Below the pieces are notes generated by a model. That model saw nothing but the letters and a program-made list of their open reading frames with translations. It was not told the origin of the DNA and did no database searches. Positions 49,999 to 63,395 of a DNA stretch of 64,000 nucleotides are shown piece by piece (the stretch's first letter is position 1; each line of letters begins with the position of its first letter). The stretch is from Chiloscyllium plagiosum (lineage: Eukaryota), in the NCBI RefSeq assembly GCF_004010195.1, contig NC_057720.1, positions 16,881,043-16,945,042 of the forward strand, read 5' to 3'. Position numbers and translations under genes: made by a program.

Positions 49999-51989
49999 GG
50001 CTTGCCTGATAAGCTGGCGTTGCCAGTCAATTATTTTTCTGGTTGAATGCACTATTATTAGATCACATCAAACACTTAGATGCATTAACCTGTTGTTTTT
50101 GTAACACTTCCTGGTGTGTGCTTGCTGTGTCTTTTAAAGTGCTCTGTTAATGACTCATAGATTGAAGTTCAGCTATAGAATTTAATGTTTTGAGCACTCT
50201 ACTGCAAACTGTATGTAATAAAATTTATAGATCAGAATTGCTTTCTTTGGTATGTAACATTATGGTGCAATTTAAACTAGGTTATTCCAGAGTGTTTGAG
50301 TGCTATGTCTGAGTCCATTCGAGCACTCGCTTGAACATCAATATCGAAGGATTAGCTTTTTAACTTGCCTTTTCTATAGCTTTTGCTGGAGTTAATTAGA
50401 GTCTTTGCCATGAGATCCATGTATTGCATTGTGGTTGTATTAGTGGAAAGCTTTCTTTATGGTGAAATTTAAAGATTTTGTTTTCCATTCCTAACAGCAA
50501 TAACTGGAAAAATTATCATTGTTATACAATTGATTTTGAAGTCCTAAATATGGTGAGGGAAATAGAAACAATTTTCCTGTGTTCCTTTGACTTGGACACA
50601 TCTTTTGAGTTTATACTGGGAAAGTTGCATTCTAGTAATAGAGGAAAGGGCGTGATGCTGTTCAGTAGTAAACCTAGCTGAGAATGAAAGTTGAAAATTC
50701 TGCAAGCACATGGTTTTTCAGTCTGCATGTGAAACAGAAAAGATGGGTAGGTAAGTGGGCATTCATAAAAGTAGAGCTGTACCCTGAAATGTTAACCCAC
50801 TTCTTGTCTTCTGCCTGTCAGCTCTTTTTCCAGCCTTTCCTACTTTTGCAAGTTGTCAATCAATGTCAAGTACTTGTAGTTTTGAGGCAGGTAAAAAGTA
50901 AAGCATCCTCTGCTTTGCTGCAGAAGTATGCCTTGGCTCAAACTTAGAAAGAAGTGACATTTTCCATTTCCTATATTGGTAATCCTATGGCTTCCATTGA
51001 GTGAGATTGCCAAAATAGGAGTAGTTCAAACTGTGGGTTCCCACATACTAATTAATGAGTTGAGATTAGTCAATCTCATTTCATTTCATCAATGAGTTTC
51101 TTTTATAATCCCTTTTCATCACATCACAAGGACTATGCAGAGCAATGATGTTTTCATTGCTCAGGGGGTGCAGGCTTATTAGGATCATGTGTTCAATGGG
51201 TCTTTTGAATATATTTTTATAGCAGTCAGAGCAATACTACCCAGCTGGAATGCTTAACAGTCCTAAGGTACTGGCCAAGAACTGATTGACCGTGTATGAA
51301 TGTGAATTTCAACGTTATACAAGTAATGAACAACCTTGGGAGTTGAAGTTGCCATGATCTGGTAGAGAAGCAGATATTTCATGAATCTGCCTTGAGCTGC
51401 TGGGTGATTATAGCACTAATGCCATTCACTGATGCAGGAAGTTTACACTTTTTAAAGTTACACCTCCCATTTTAAAAAGAAAGTTCCCTTTTGCAAAGCT
51501 AGGAATATGATATAAACCAAAATGTCTACAGAGCAATCAACACACTGGTACTAGTTTTTTTATTGCTTGTTGTTTCCAGTTTCTTCTTTAAATATAAAAA
51601 ATATTATTAGTGCTGTATTGAGTTCCACCTGTTAGTTAAGACTGTTTCTCTTGGTTAAATTAATATAACTCTAGCTGCATAAAATGTCCACATCATGTTG
51701 CAAAATAACTGCTCCCATCCAGACTTCGCTATGCATTGTGCACAATGGACAAACTAAATAACCATATAAAATCTAAATTGTCCAGGGAAAGAGCTGAAGG
51801 GTGTGTATGAGTAGGTATATTGAATTTTCTTTCAGGGACCCTCCATATGTGCATTGGGCCTAATGGTCTTTTTCTGTGCTGTAAATCTCTACTGGACTTT
51901 GAAATAATAATTCTCCTTTCCTGTGAAAATTATTTCAGTGCATTGCCAGTTTTTAACTACTGTTGTGTTCTTTTTTTCAGGGAGATACC

Positions 51990-52098
51990 ATGACAACACC
52001 TTTAGATAGCTTGTCAAAAGATGCCATCAATCTGACTCTGCATAATCAAATGAAGAATGATTCTGGTAAAGAAAATGAAGATGGTTGCAAACTTTCAA
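51990..52098 (+). CDS. CDC7: CDC7 kinase, first coding exon (exon spans 51981-52098)
   Basis: Acceptor TTCTTTTTTTCAG, then ACCATG and MTTPLDSLSK...EDGCKLS plus 1 nt, then donor GTAAGT. Phase 1 joins in frame to the next exon, and the length fits the CDC7 N-terminal exon. Confidence 0.82.
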
Positions 52099-52379
52099 GT
52101 AAGTTCAGTGAAGTACAGATAGAATGCATTTGTTTCTCCTTCAAGGGTTCCTGAAGCTTTTATATTAAACATAAATGTTGGCATTCAGATTGTGCAAAAC
52201 TTACATTAAAATTGTTATTACTTGGTCTTTGGAAATGCTCAATATTGATCAGCCAACAATCAGAACAACCTGATGCCTCTCATCAGTGGTCAGTCACAAG
52301 CCTTGGCAGTGAGGACCAAGTTGTTACAGGATCAAATGTCTCCAACTAAACGAAGAAGCCTTCATATGTTGAATTTTCC

Positions 52380-52885
52380 CTGAACCAGAAAAGGAGACAT
52401 GCTGTCAATTTTTTTTGTCTTGAATTCAATCAGTACAGATGCAAGAATGCCAAATTTCAAAAGTAGTAACAATTTAAACTGCATGCAAAAAAAGTGCTGA
52501 TTTGTTGACAGGTTGATTCTGTTTGGCCATGGTGTTGCCATGTAGATTGCATGAAGGAACTGTTGTCTTCCACTTTATTTTTTTAATTCAGAAAAATAGT
52601 GCAGTGCCTGGATATATTCTTTCTTCCTGCAGAGGACAAGTCCTTGTGTATGAATATATGTAGATTCTAGCAAGCACATGTGAGCAACACCATGAGCCCA
52701 ACTCATAATCTTAAATCGATTCTTGGTTTAATTCATAGCATGTACACTATTTCGGATTATCAGTTGTGCCTGCAATGTGACCAGTTATACTTAGTTGAAT
52801 CTACGTACGTTCCTACACAAGTATCTGTCTTTGAAATTTGATATTCTTTCGGCAGTCTGATGAGTGAGTGCGGGATGAATAGCAG
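52380..52885. mobile_element. Old inverted Penelope-like remnant (fourth family)
   Basis: - strand LLESTYIHTQGLVLCRKKEYIQAL (Penelope C-terminus-like), with decayed hammerhead-like ends on both sides. Related to 29630-30000. Confidence 0.6.
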
Positions 52886-54654
52886 ATCTGGGCGCCACAA
52901 TGTAGGAAGGATATATTTCCTCGAGACAGTGCAGTATAGTTTTGCAGGAATAATACCTGGATTTGGGATTTTGTTATGAGGAGAAATTCTATAAATTAGG
53001 CCTGTTTTTTCTGAAATTTAAAAGGGGTGATCTAAGTGAAGTCTTCAAGATATTATCAGGCAAAGACAGGGTAAATAAAGAGAAACTATTTCCACTGTTT
53101 GGTGATTCTAGAACCTGCAGCATGGTCTGAGAATTAGGGCCAGACCACTCAGGGAAGATGTTAGGAACACTTCTTTAGGCAGAGAGTATTAAATGTTTGG
53201 AGCTCTTTTCTCCAAACAGCAGTTGATCCAGTGTCAGTTGTTAATTTTAAATCTGAGGTAGATTTCTTTTTGTTAAGCAAAGGTATTAAGGGATATGGGC
53301 CAAAAGCGGGTATATGGAGTTAGGTCACAAATCAGCCATTCATTGAATGGTAGTACTGAATGCCTATTCCTGCTCCTCTCTTCCTAAAATCAGCCCCCCC
53401 GAGTTATGAATTACCAAGCAATTATATATCGAATTGTGCCATCTTGCAACCACTCTGAGAAATGGTGAAAAGTTCCTTGCAAATAGTGTGAATGGATTAC
53501 ATCTCAAAAAATATGACTCTTTTTAACCACTGTTGCTAATGTGCAATCTGCAAAAACACAGCTAACACAATGTTGCATGTTTTTGCTTATTAGAGCTGTA
53601 TTCAGTTTAAGGCAAACCATGTGCTGTTTATCCTCAGTTAAAATATATAGACTATGATTTGCACCAGAATTTGATTTTTAATTAGTTTTGATGCTTCAGA
53701 CGTTTTTAAGCTTCAAACTACCATGTTTAGGGGCTGTGGTACTTGCATAGAACAGCAGTGGATAAGTAGAAATAACATTGTAACTGATAAGTACAAGAAT
53801 TTATTGTTCTCTCTACAGATAATGAATATAAAGGTAAAAGCAAAATGAATTAGTTGGAAATTGTGATGGATAGGTTCTGTGAAAAAACAGAATTTTTAAG
53901 AATACAATCTGGACTTTGTTTATAGCATAGAGTATCAGTTTATACTTACGTGACTGCACATTGGCAAGTAGTTAATCTGATTGTATCTCGATGAACAAGG
54001 CCACATAATGTATGGGAAGACCATCACCTGCACGTTCAACTCCAGTCATAGTCATACAGCATGGTAACAGACCCTTTGATCCAACCAGTCCATGCCAACC
54101 ATAATTCCAACCTAAATTAGTCCCAATTACCTGCACATTTAATAAGTTCTTAGCTGATCTGCTTGTGTTTTAAATAATATAATCTCATCTATTCCTGATG
54201 TCCTTCAATTCCCTTGCCTAGCAACAACCCATGTACTTCTGCTTGAAAAATATGCAATAGAGATGGAGATTCTTGGAGAGGAACTTCTAGTGCTTAGACT
54301 TGACAGAATGCATGGCACCAAAGGTAAAGTAATTAGAAGAGAGGAAAGGGATGTAGGGCTGCAAGAAATTTCAAGAGTAGGGAAAGCAGTGAGACCAAGA
54401 GGAGATATGAGAGTTTAGATGAAAAGTTTAAATGAGAAGTAAACAACTCAGCCAGCAAAGTAGATGGTGGATGGGATTCAAGACAATTTAGGACACAGGC
54501 AGGTTTCTTGTGAGCATAATACGGGAGGTATAATGGAATTTAAAGTAGCTCAGCAAACTGATCATGGCATGGTATTATGTGAAGACATTCATGTGGAAGG
54601 AGTTCACAGGAATATCGAGTTAGCAGGGGACAGCCAAGGGATTGTCAGGAGAAT

Positions 54655-55230
54655 AGATGTGGTTCTCTGCAGCCCGAGCTTTGTTGCATACCTGGCACCA
54701 CTGGCCACAGACCTCCAGTCCAAAGATCAGCCGTCCACCACCACCCTCTGTCTCTTGCTTGTACGGCCAATTATATATCCAATTGCCAAGCTCATCCTGA
54801 ATCCCATGCGATCTAACTTTACTAATTAGTCTACCATGCGGGACCTTATCAAATGCTTTACTGAAGTCCAAGTAAACAATATCTACTACTCTGCCCTCAT
54901 CTGTCGTCTTGGTCACATCCTCAATAAACTCAGTCAAGTTAGTGAGTCAAGGTTTTCCTCACACAAAACCATGCTGACTGTACCTAATCAGTCCTCTCCT
55001 CTCCAAATGCATGCAAGTCCTCCCTTTAAGAGTCTCCCCCAACAACTTAACCACCACTGATGTCCGACTCTCAGATCTAGAATTTCCAGGTTTCTCCTCA
55101 CAGCCTTCCTTTAACAATGTCACAATGTTAGCCACCCTCCAGTCCTCCAGTACTTCACTGGTGTTTATGGATGATACAAATGTTTCTGCTAGGGGCCTGC
55201 AATTTCTTCCCTAACTTCCCACAACATCTT
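54655..55230 (-). mobile_element. CR1 RT fragment
   Basis: VDIVYLDFSKAFDKVPHGRLISKV. Confidence 0.85.
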
Positions 55231-56684
55231 TTAGTTGAGTGTGGCTTTGACATCAAGGGCTGTCATTCTCATCTAGCCTATGGAATTCAGCTGTTTTGTC
55301 CATGTTTGAAACAAGGTTCTAAATGTGGTTAGGAACTGAGTGGCCCAGGCAGAATTCAAACTGGGTGTCACTGAGCAAGTAGCTGCTGAGCAGGTGCTGT
55401 TTAATGACACTATTGATGATACCTTTCATCGTTTTTGCTGATGATCAAGAGTGATATGGTAATTGGCCGGATTGGATTTGTCCTGCTGTTTGTGTATAGG
55501 ACACGCCTGGTCAAATCTCCACATTACCTGGGAGATGTCAGTGTTGTGACTATTGATTGAGATTTAGGTCTATTGACGTGTATCTAAAAATCCATTGAAA
55601 AATGTTTTATCGCATGTTATATGCAAAGTGTCACCATCTTGAAGCACTGAATTCAATGCAAGATTTTGCTGTAGTAGAGTTCATCTTTCTCTCCTGTTCT
55701 TTCTCTATTGCTCCTTCAGTTGCTATTTGACATTAGCTGGAGTGTCTGAAAAAGACTCTGGGCTCTCGGTTAGGGGACTCCACTACTGTCACAACTGCAA
55801 TTGCTGCCTCCAAGTTGGAGCCAAGGGTCTGGGGATACATGGGCTCTGTACCTCCTATTTCCTGTCCAACGCTCCTCTAAAAGCTGCCACTAGTTGCAGG
55901 GATCTTCTGTCGTCTCTTTTGCTGATGCTTCCACTTTTTCAGGTGCCCAGGCCGAGCTGAAGACGTGGAGTCTTGACTCAGTTTGTGAGTCTGGGTCAGG
56001 GAAGTTGGCCAGGGACCTGCTCCTTGTTCTCAGAAACCCTGGGCTGGGATAGAGTCATGTCAGCCTCATCCTGATGTTGCTGCCACTGCTGATGTAGGCC
56101 TCGTCCTTAATTTTTCACTCCGCCTCAGCCACCACCATTCTCCAGGCTTTAAAGAAAATGAAGGGAGAAGAAATAAAAAGAGCAAAAGTAAAAAGAAAGA
56201 AAGCGGATGAGCCTTGGGCTCAGCCTTGCTAGTCTGCTGCCACCTTGGAAATGTCTACTGGAAGAGCTTTGGTAAAAACAATGACTGCAGATGCTGGAAA
56301 CCAGATTCTGGATTAGTGGTGCTGGAAGAGCGCAGCAATTCAGGCAGCATCCGAGGAACAGTAAAATCTACTGGAAGAGCTTAGCTAAGGAGTGGCATGT
56401 CTGGAGCACAAATCTTTGGTACTGTTTGTGGAATGTTGTCAGGGCCCATAACCTTTGTGCTCTCCGTGCCTCTCGTTGTTTCTTTTATCACATGGAGCAA
56501 ATGGAATTGGCTGAAGTCTGGTATTTGTAGTGCTGGGGACCACTGGAAGAGGCTGAGATGGACCATCCACTTGACTGAAGATTGCTTCGAATGTTTCAGC
56601 CTTGTGATTTGCACTGATGTGTTGGATTCTTCCGTCATTGAGGGTGGGGATATTTGTGAAGCCGCCTCCTCCATTGAGTTGTTT

Positions 56685-57010
56685 AGAATCATCGAATCCC
56701 TGCAGTGTGGAAACAGACCCTTCGGCCCAACAAATCCACATCGAACCTTCAAAGAGTGACCCACCCAGATACATTTCCCTCCAGCCTATTATCCTATATT
56801 TACTCCTGACTAATGCACCTAACCTACGCATCCCTGAACATACGGGCAATTTACCTAAGCTGCACATCTTTCGATTGTGGGAGAAAATCCATGCAGACAC
56901 TGAGAAAATGTTCAAACTCCACACAGACAGTCACCTGAGGTTGGGCTCAAACACAGGTCCCTTGAACTGAGAGGCAGCAGTGCTAACCACTGAACCACCG
57001 TGCTGCCCCA
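56685..57010 (-). mobile_element. HE1-type V-SINE
   Basis: Same family motifs, followed by a second head fragment extending to ~57090. Confidence 0.85.
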
Positions 57011-59852
57011 GACAGTCAGCCGAGGCTGGAATCGATCTCTGGTATCTGGCACTGTAAGACAGCAGTCCTAACCACTGAGCCACTGTGTCAGACAGCTGGA
57101 CAACACTGCAGAAACTTGATCACCATCATTCACAGCTGGATGTGGCAGGACTGCAGAGCTTAGATCCGATCCTTTGGCTTTGGGATCATTTAACTCTGAC
57201 AATCGCCTGCTGCTTATGCTGTTTGGTAGTTTCACAATGTTGGCCCCTCATTTTTAGGTGTGCCTGGTGCTGCTCCTGGTATGCCTGCTGCACTGTGTAT
57301 TGAACCAGGATTGATCCCCTGACTTAATGGTAATGGTAGAGGTGGGGGATATGCCTGACCAATTCTGCTGCTGTTGATAACCCACAGCCCCTCATGGATG
57401 CTCAATATTGAATTGTTAGATCTGTCTGTCCCATTTAGTACAGTGACAGTGCCACACAACATGTAGAGTATTGTCACTTTAAAGGTGGGACTTCGTCTCC
57501 ACAAAAATTGTGCAGTGGTTGCTCTTAAGGACATCATGGCCAGTTGCATCTGCAGCCAGCAGTTTGATAAGGATGAGTTTAAGTATAATTTTCCCTCTTC
57601 TTGGTTCCCTCCAACCCCTGCTGCAGAGAAAGTCTAGCAGCTATGTCCTTTAGGATCTCACATGCTCGATCCATAGTATATCCTGCAAAACTATTCTTGG
57701 TGGACATTAAAATCCCCCTCTCACTACATTTTGGGATCTTGCCACTCTGTTTCCTCCATGTGTTCAACATGGAAGTGCACTGATTCATCATTTGAAGGCA
57801 GATGGTATATGGTAATCTGCAGGAGGTCTCCTTGCCCATTATTTAACCTAAAGCCTTGAGACTTCGTGGGGTCTGGAGTCAGTGCTGCAGATTCCCAGTA
57901 CAAAGCAAAATGTATGCCACTGTGCCACCACCTGTAGTGGGTCTGTCCTGCCAGTGGAGTCTGTTGTCTGTAAGGTATGATTCCAGGAATATGACTGTAT
58001 TTCATTTCTTTGAGTCTTCATAGTGAGTGAATTTAATTTGCTCATTTCCGAGGGCAGTTGAGAGTCAGCCACATTGCTTTGGGTCTGGAGTCATGTCGGG
58101 CCGAGAGTGTGGTGCTGGAAAAGCACAGCAGGTCAGGTAGCATCTGAGTAGCAGCAGAATTGACGTTTTGGGCAGAAGTACTTCATCAGGAATGAGTTTC
58201 TCTACAGTCATGTGGGCCAGACTAGATGAGGAAAGCAGATTTCTGTCCCTGAAAGACATTAGTGAGTCAAATGGGTTTTTTTCTGACAATCGACAATGCT
58301 TTCGTGATCATCAGTAGATTCTTTAATTTCAGATTTTTTTCTTGAATTCAATTCCACCATCTGCCACTGTGGGATTCAAGCCACTCACTGAGTTTCTGGA
58401 TTAATAGGCTTGTGGTAATCCCACTAGGCCAGAGCTTCCCCCTCTTCATAAATTAGCTGCAATGGTAGTTAGTTTGAATCCAGTAAATAGCTGCCATTTT
58501 GGTATTCACAACATGTGCACATATGGAGTAAAGTTGTTTTTAATTGTGGTGTGAAACAACTTTAAAGTTCAAAGAAATTTACTTGATACTACTGAGCTAA
58601 TTTCTGATCAAATAATGTCTTCACTAATTTGCATTGGTTGTAAGCCAGTTTATGCTGTTGTAATATTGCCTACTTTCTTGAATTGTCTTGCACACATTTT
58701 GCGACAGGTCTGCCAAAGATCTGAGGCAAAATTGAAGGCTGGGAGGCATTGAATAAGAGGGGTGTAATTATTTGTGGTGTTTCATGAGTTGCAGTAATCG
58801 TCTTAAGAATTGCTGCTTAGACTACTTGTGCATGCTTTGCTCCTTTATCCAAAGGGCATTCGTGGGGTTTTCTTGTGCCATGGTAGTGTCCCTATCACAG
58901 TATCAGGAGGCCTAGGTTAAGCACCACCTGCTCCAAAAATGTGTAACAACATCTCTGAACAGGTTAGGGAAAATAAGTTAAACATTTTATTAAGAGCATT
59001 GGTATCCTACATTCAGCATAAGGCTCTGATTTCAATTTTGAAAAGAGACTTTTAGCTGTTTATACAGTGACACTGTGTCTGATTCAAATCATTGTTGCAG
59101 AGTAGTTGAACTGCCAAAAATTGAGGTTTTTTAAAAATTCTTTGCCAACTTTTACCATGCTTGGGCGAGGGAACTGACGTTATTTAGTCCCTTGAAGCTT
59201 TTGCGTTATTCATTCTGCAGTGCATATTTCACCTTTTGACTTCCCAGAACTTATCAATGTTCCTTTTGGTTATTACTGGTTAGCTGTTTGCTATGCTGCT
59301 AGATGGATTATTGAGATTGTTACAAGTAGATAAATGTGGAGAATTACAGCACCTTTTATCTGACTGAGGTTACATTGATTTTTTATACAATCTGCAGTTT
59401 AGACTGCCTTGCCTTTCCAACTGAAAGTTAATATGTCCTAATCATACAAATCTGAAGAACTTTGGAAATTGTATTGGGAGTGGTAGAAGAGAGCAGTCTT
59501 AAATATACTGGTAATATTTAATGTTGGTCGAACTCTGCAGTTGCTAGTCACAATGTTGCTTGTCCTATGGGTTCATCTATGGACCTTGGCTGAATTTTGT
59601 CAGTTTGTTGATTGCTGAATGGAGCATTATGTAAAATAAATATACTGTCTTATTAACTGCATTGATTTTCCAATTTGCTACACATTGTGACATTGCTTGT
59701 CTAAGAACTTCATAGTATTCAAAGACAGTGTTTTATGGAAAGTCTTTGAGTAGGCTCCTTTTTAGCCATTTAAAAAAATTCAGACAAATATTTAAAGGAG
59801 AAAATGTGAAATATTTAAATTTATTAATCAGGATAGTGTATTTTAATTATAA

Positions 59853-60056
<204 letters not shown>

Positions 60057-61074
60057 TGATATTGCTCTCTGGCACACCCCAATGAAATACTCTTGTTCCT
60101 AACCAAGCCTTTTATGGGAACTGTTTCAGCAATCAACTGTGATGTAAGTCTACATCAGGATTTTAGTTGAAGGGGTAAGGACTGATTTATTAGATTCTGG
60201 CAGACGCATCGAAAAACAGACCTGATGTATGCTTTGATATATCATATACTTTAGAATTGTATAATTTATGAGAATTTCAACAAGCAATTTTGGCAATGTA
60301 GCATGAGCAGAGCAAATGCATTCATAATGAGATTTTCTTAAGGTCATGGATCAGCATTATCTTTTTCAAACTGAAGAAGACTCCACTTACAAATACACTG
60401 GTACTTTCTTCTCCCCACCCCAATAATTATTCCATTAAGTCATATAGCAGTCAGTTTTTTTGTTAAGCCTGTCATTTAAGGGTGTGACCATAAGACGCAG
60501 GAGCAGAAGAAGGCCATTCAGCCCATGTATTTGGTAATTCAGTGAGATCATGGCTAATCCATGATCCCCATAATCTTTGATTCCCTTACTAATTTTAAAA
60601 ATTTATGCATCTGTCTTAAATATAGCCCTCTGTAGTAATGATTCCACGGCGTCGCTATCCTGTACGAAATGATTCCTCCTCATCTGTTTTAAATAGGCAA
60701 TCCCTTACTCCTGAGATTATGCCCTCTGTTTGCATACTCTTTGCAAGGGACAACAACCTCTCTGCATCTACACTGTCGAACACCTGAAGAACTGTATAAT
60801 GGTTCAATAATGCCAGCTCTCAATTAGTAAAGTCCCAACCTACTTTACGTCTCCTCAAAAGAAAATCTATCTCTGTAGCTAATTCTTTAAATCTCCTACC
60901 TGCCAACCCATCATGTCTAGTGAACATATTAACCTTTAGCCCCATTAGTTTCCGAAATATTTTTTCTCAAATGAAATTTATTGTTTATTTCCTCAATTGC
61001 CTTGGGCCCCTTGATTATTTAATTTTTGGAATATTATTCATGTCCTCTAATTTGAAGATGATACAAAATGAGAT

Positions 61075-62838
61075 TTGAGAAGATTTATACTTGGGTTGAG
61101 GTTCTGGATGTAGGTTTGCTTGTTGAGTTGGAAGGTTCATTTTCAGACGTTTCGTCACTATACTAGGTAACATCTTCAGTGAGCTTCCGGACGAAGCATT
61201 GCTGATGATTCCTGCTTTCTCTTTATATGTTTGGGTTTCCTTGGGTTGGTGATGTCATTTTCTGTGGTGTCATTTCCTGTTCTTTTTCTCAGGGGGTAGT
61301 AAATCGGGTCCAAGTCCATGTGTTTGTTGATAGAGTTCTGGTTGGAATGCCATGCTTCTAGGAATCCTCATGCGTGTCTCTGTTTGGCTTGTCCAAGGAT
61401 GGATGTGTTGCCCGAGTCGAAGTGGTGGTCTTCCTCATCTATATGTAAGGATATTAGTGAGGGAGGGTCATGTTGTTTTGTGGCTAGTTAATTTTCATGT
61501 ATCCTGGTGGGTAGTTTTCTGCCTGTTTGTCCAATGTAATGTTTGTTACAGTCCTTGCACAGTATTTTGACATTAGTTTTGTTTGTTTTCTGTTCAACTT
61601 CATTAGCTGCTGTTTTAGTGTGTTGGTGGGTTAGTGGGCTACCATGATGCCAAGGGGTCCGAGTAGTCTGGCAGTCATTTCCGAAATCTCTTGGACATAG
61701 GGGAGAGTGGCTAGGATTTCTGGATGTGTTTTGTCTGCTTGTTTGGGTTTGTTGCTGTGAAATCTGCGGACTGTGTTCATTGGGTACCCGTTCTTTTTGA
61801 ATACACTGTACAGGTGATTTTACTCTGCTTAGTTCCTCTGTGCTGCAGTGTGTGGTGGCTCATTGGAGTGATGTTCTGATGCAGCTTCGTTTGTGGATGT
61901 CGGGGTGATTCTGTAGTTCAATATTTGGTCTGTATGTGTTGTTTTCCTGTAGATGCTGGTTTGACATTCCCCATTGGCTGTTCGCTCTACTGTGACATGG
62001 GGAACTTCAAACCAGCATCTACAGGAAAACAACACATACAGACTAAATAGTGAATGAGAGAAGCAATCACTAACATCCACAAACGAAGCTGTATCAGAAC
62101 ATTATTCCAACGAGCCAACACACACTGCAGCACAGAGGAACTACGCAGAGCAAAGGAAAATCACCCATACCGTGTATTCAAAAAGAATGCGTACCCAGTG
62201 AACATAGTCCGCAGATTTCTCAGCAACAAACCCAAACAAGCAGACAAAACACATCCCGAAATCCTAGCCACTCTCCCCTACATCAAAGACATCTCGGAAA
62301 TGACTGCCAGACTACTCAGACCCGTTGGTATCATGGTAGCCCACAAACCCACCTACTCACTAAAACAGCAACTTGAAAGACCCTATACAGACAACAAGAC
62401 AACATTTACAAAATATTGTGCAAGGACTGTAACAAAAACTACATTGGACAAACAGGCAGAAAACTAGCCACAAAATGACATGACCCTCTCTCGCTAATAT
62501 CCTTATATACAGATGAGGAAGGACACCAGTTCGACTGGGGCAACACATCCATCCTAGGACAAGCCAAACAGAGACACGCACGAGAATTCCTAGAAGCATA
62601 GCATTCCAACCTGAAGTCATCAACAAACATATTGACTGGGACCTGATTTACCACCCCCTGAGAAAAAGAACAGGAAGTGACATCACCAGAGGAAATGACA
62701 TCAACCCAAGAAACCACAAACATATAAATAGAAAGCAGGAATCATCAGTAGTGCTTCATCCGCAGGCTCACTGAAAATGTTACCTAGTATGGTGACGAAA
62801 TGTCTGAAAATGAACCTTCCAGCAAACCTACATCCATG
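61075..62838. mobile_element. Large inverted pair of Penelope 3' halves
   Basis: - copy at ~61075-61995 and + copy at ~62000-62838 (HKRSCIRTLFQRANTHC...LPYIKDISE), each ending in a hammerhead-bearing terminal repeat. Confidence 0.92.
61143..61182 (-). ncRNA. Minimal type I hammerhead ribozyme motif
   Basis: TCA-CTGAAGA-T-GTTAC/CTAGTATA/GTGAC-GAAA-CGTC-TGA: intact core. Confidence 0.82.
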
Positions 62839-63054
62839 GCACGAAGTATTTACTTAACTCCTCTGCCATTTTCTGGTTCCATATTATTATTTTCCAGCCT
62901 TGTTTTTTGAGGCATTAGCATTCACTTTGGCCTGTGTTTTCCCTTTTATCCATTTAATTTATGATCCCCAACATATTATTCTAGAAAATTGCCTTAAATA
63001 CAGTCTATGAATTTGTCTTCATGACTACATTTGCCAATTTGATTTTCTGCAATA

Positions 63055-63395
63055 GGCTCATGGTATTATTGCAGGACTATTAATCCAAAAACCCAGGTAT
63101 TGTTCAGGGCACATGAGTTTGAATCCAGTTGTGGATGGTAGAATTTGAACTCCATATAAATCTGGAATTAAGTGTTTAATGATGACCATGAATCCTTTGC
63201 CGATGATGGAAAGCCCATTTGATTCACTAATGTCCTTTAGGGAAGGAAGTCTGCCATTCTTACCTAGTCAAGCCCACATGTGACTCCAAACACAGCAACA
63301 TGTTGACGCTTAACTACCCTCTGGGCAAATAGGGATGGGCAATAAATGTTGGCTTAGCCAACAATCCCTTCATTCTGTGAACAAATTTTTAAAAA
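63055..63395 (+). mobile_element. tRNA-derived SINE, same family as 11975-12325
   Basis: Shared body and tail GGGCAA.TAGGGATGGGCAATAAATG. Confidence 0.75.
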
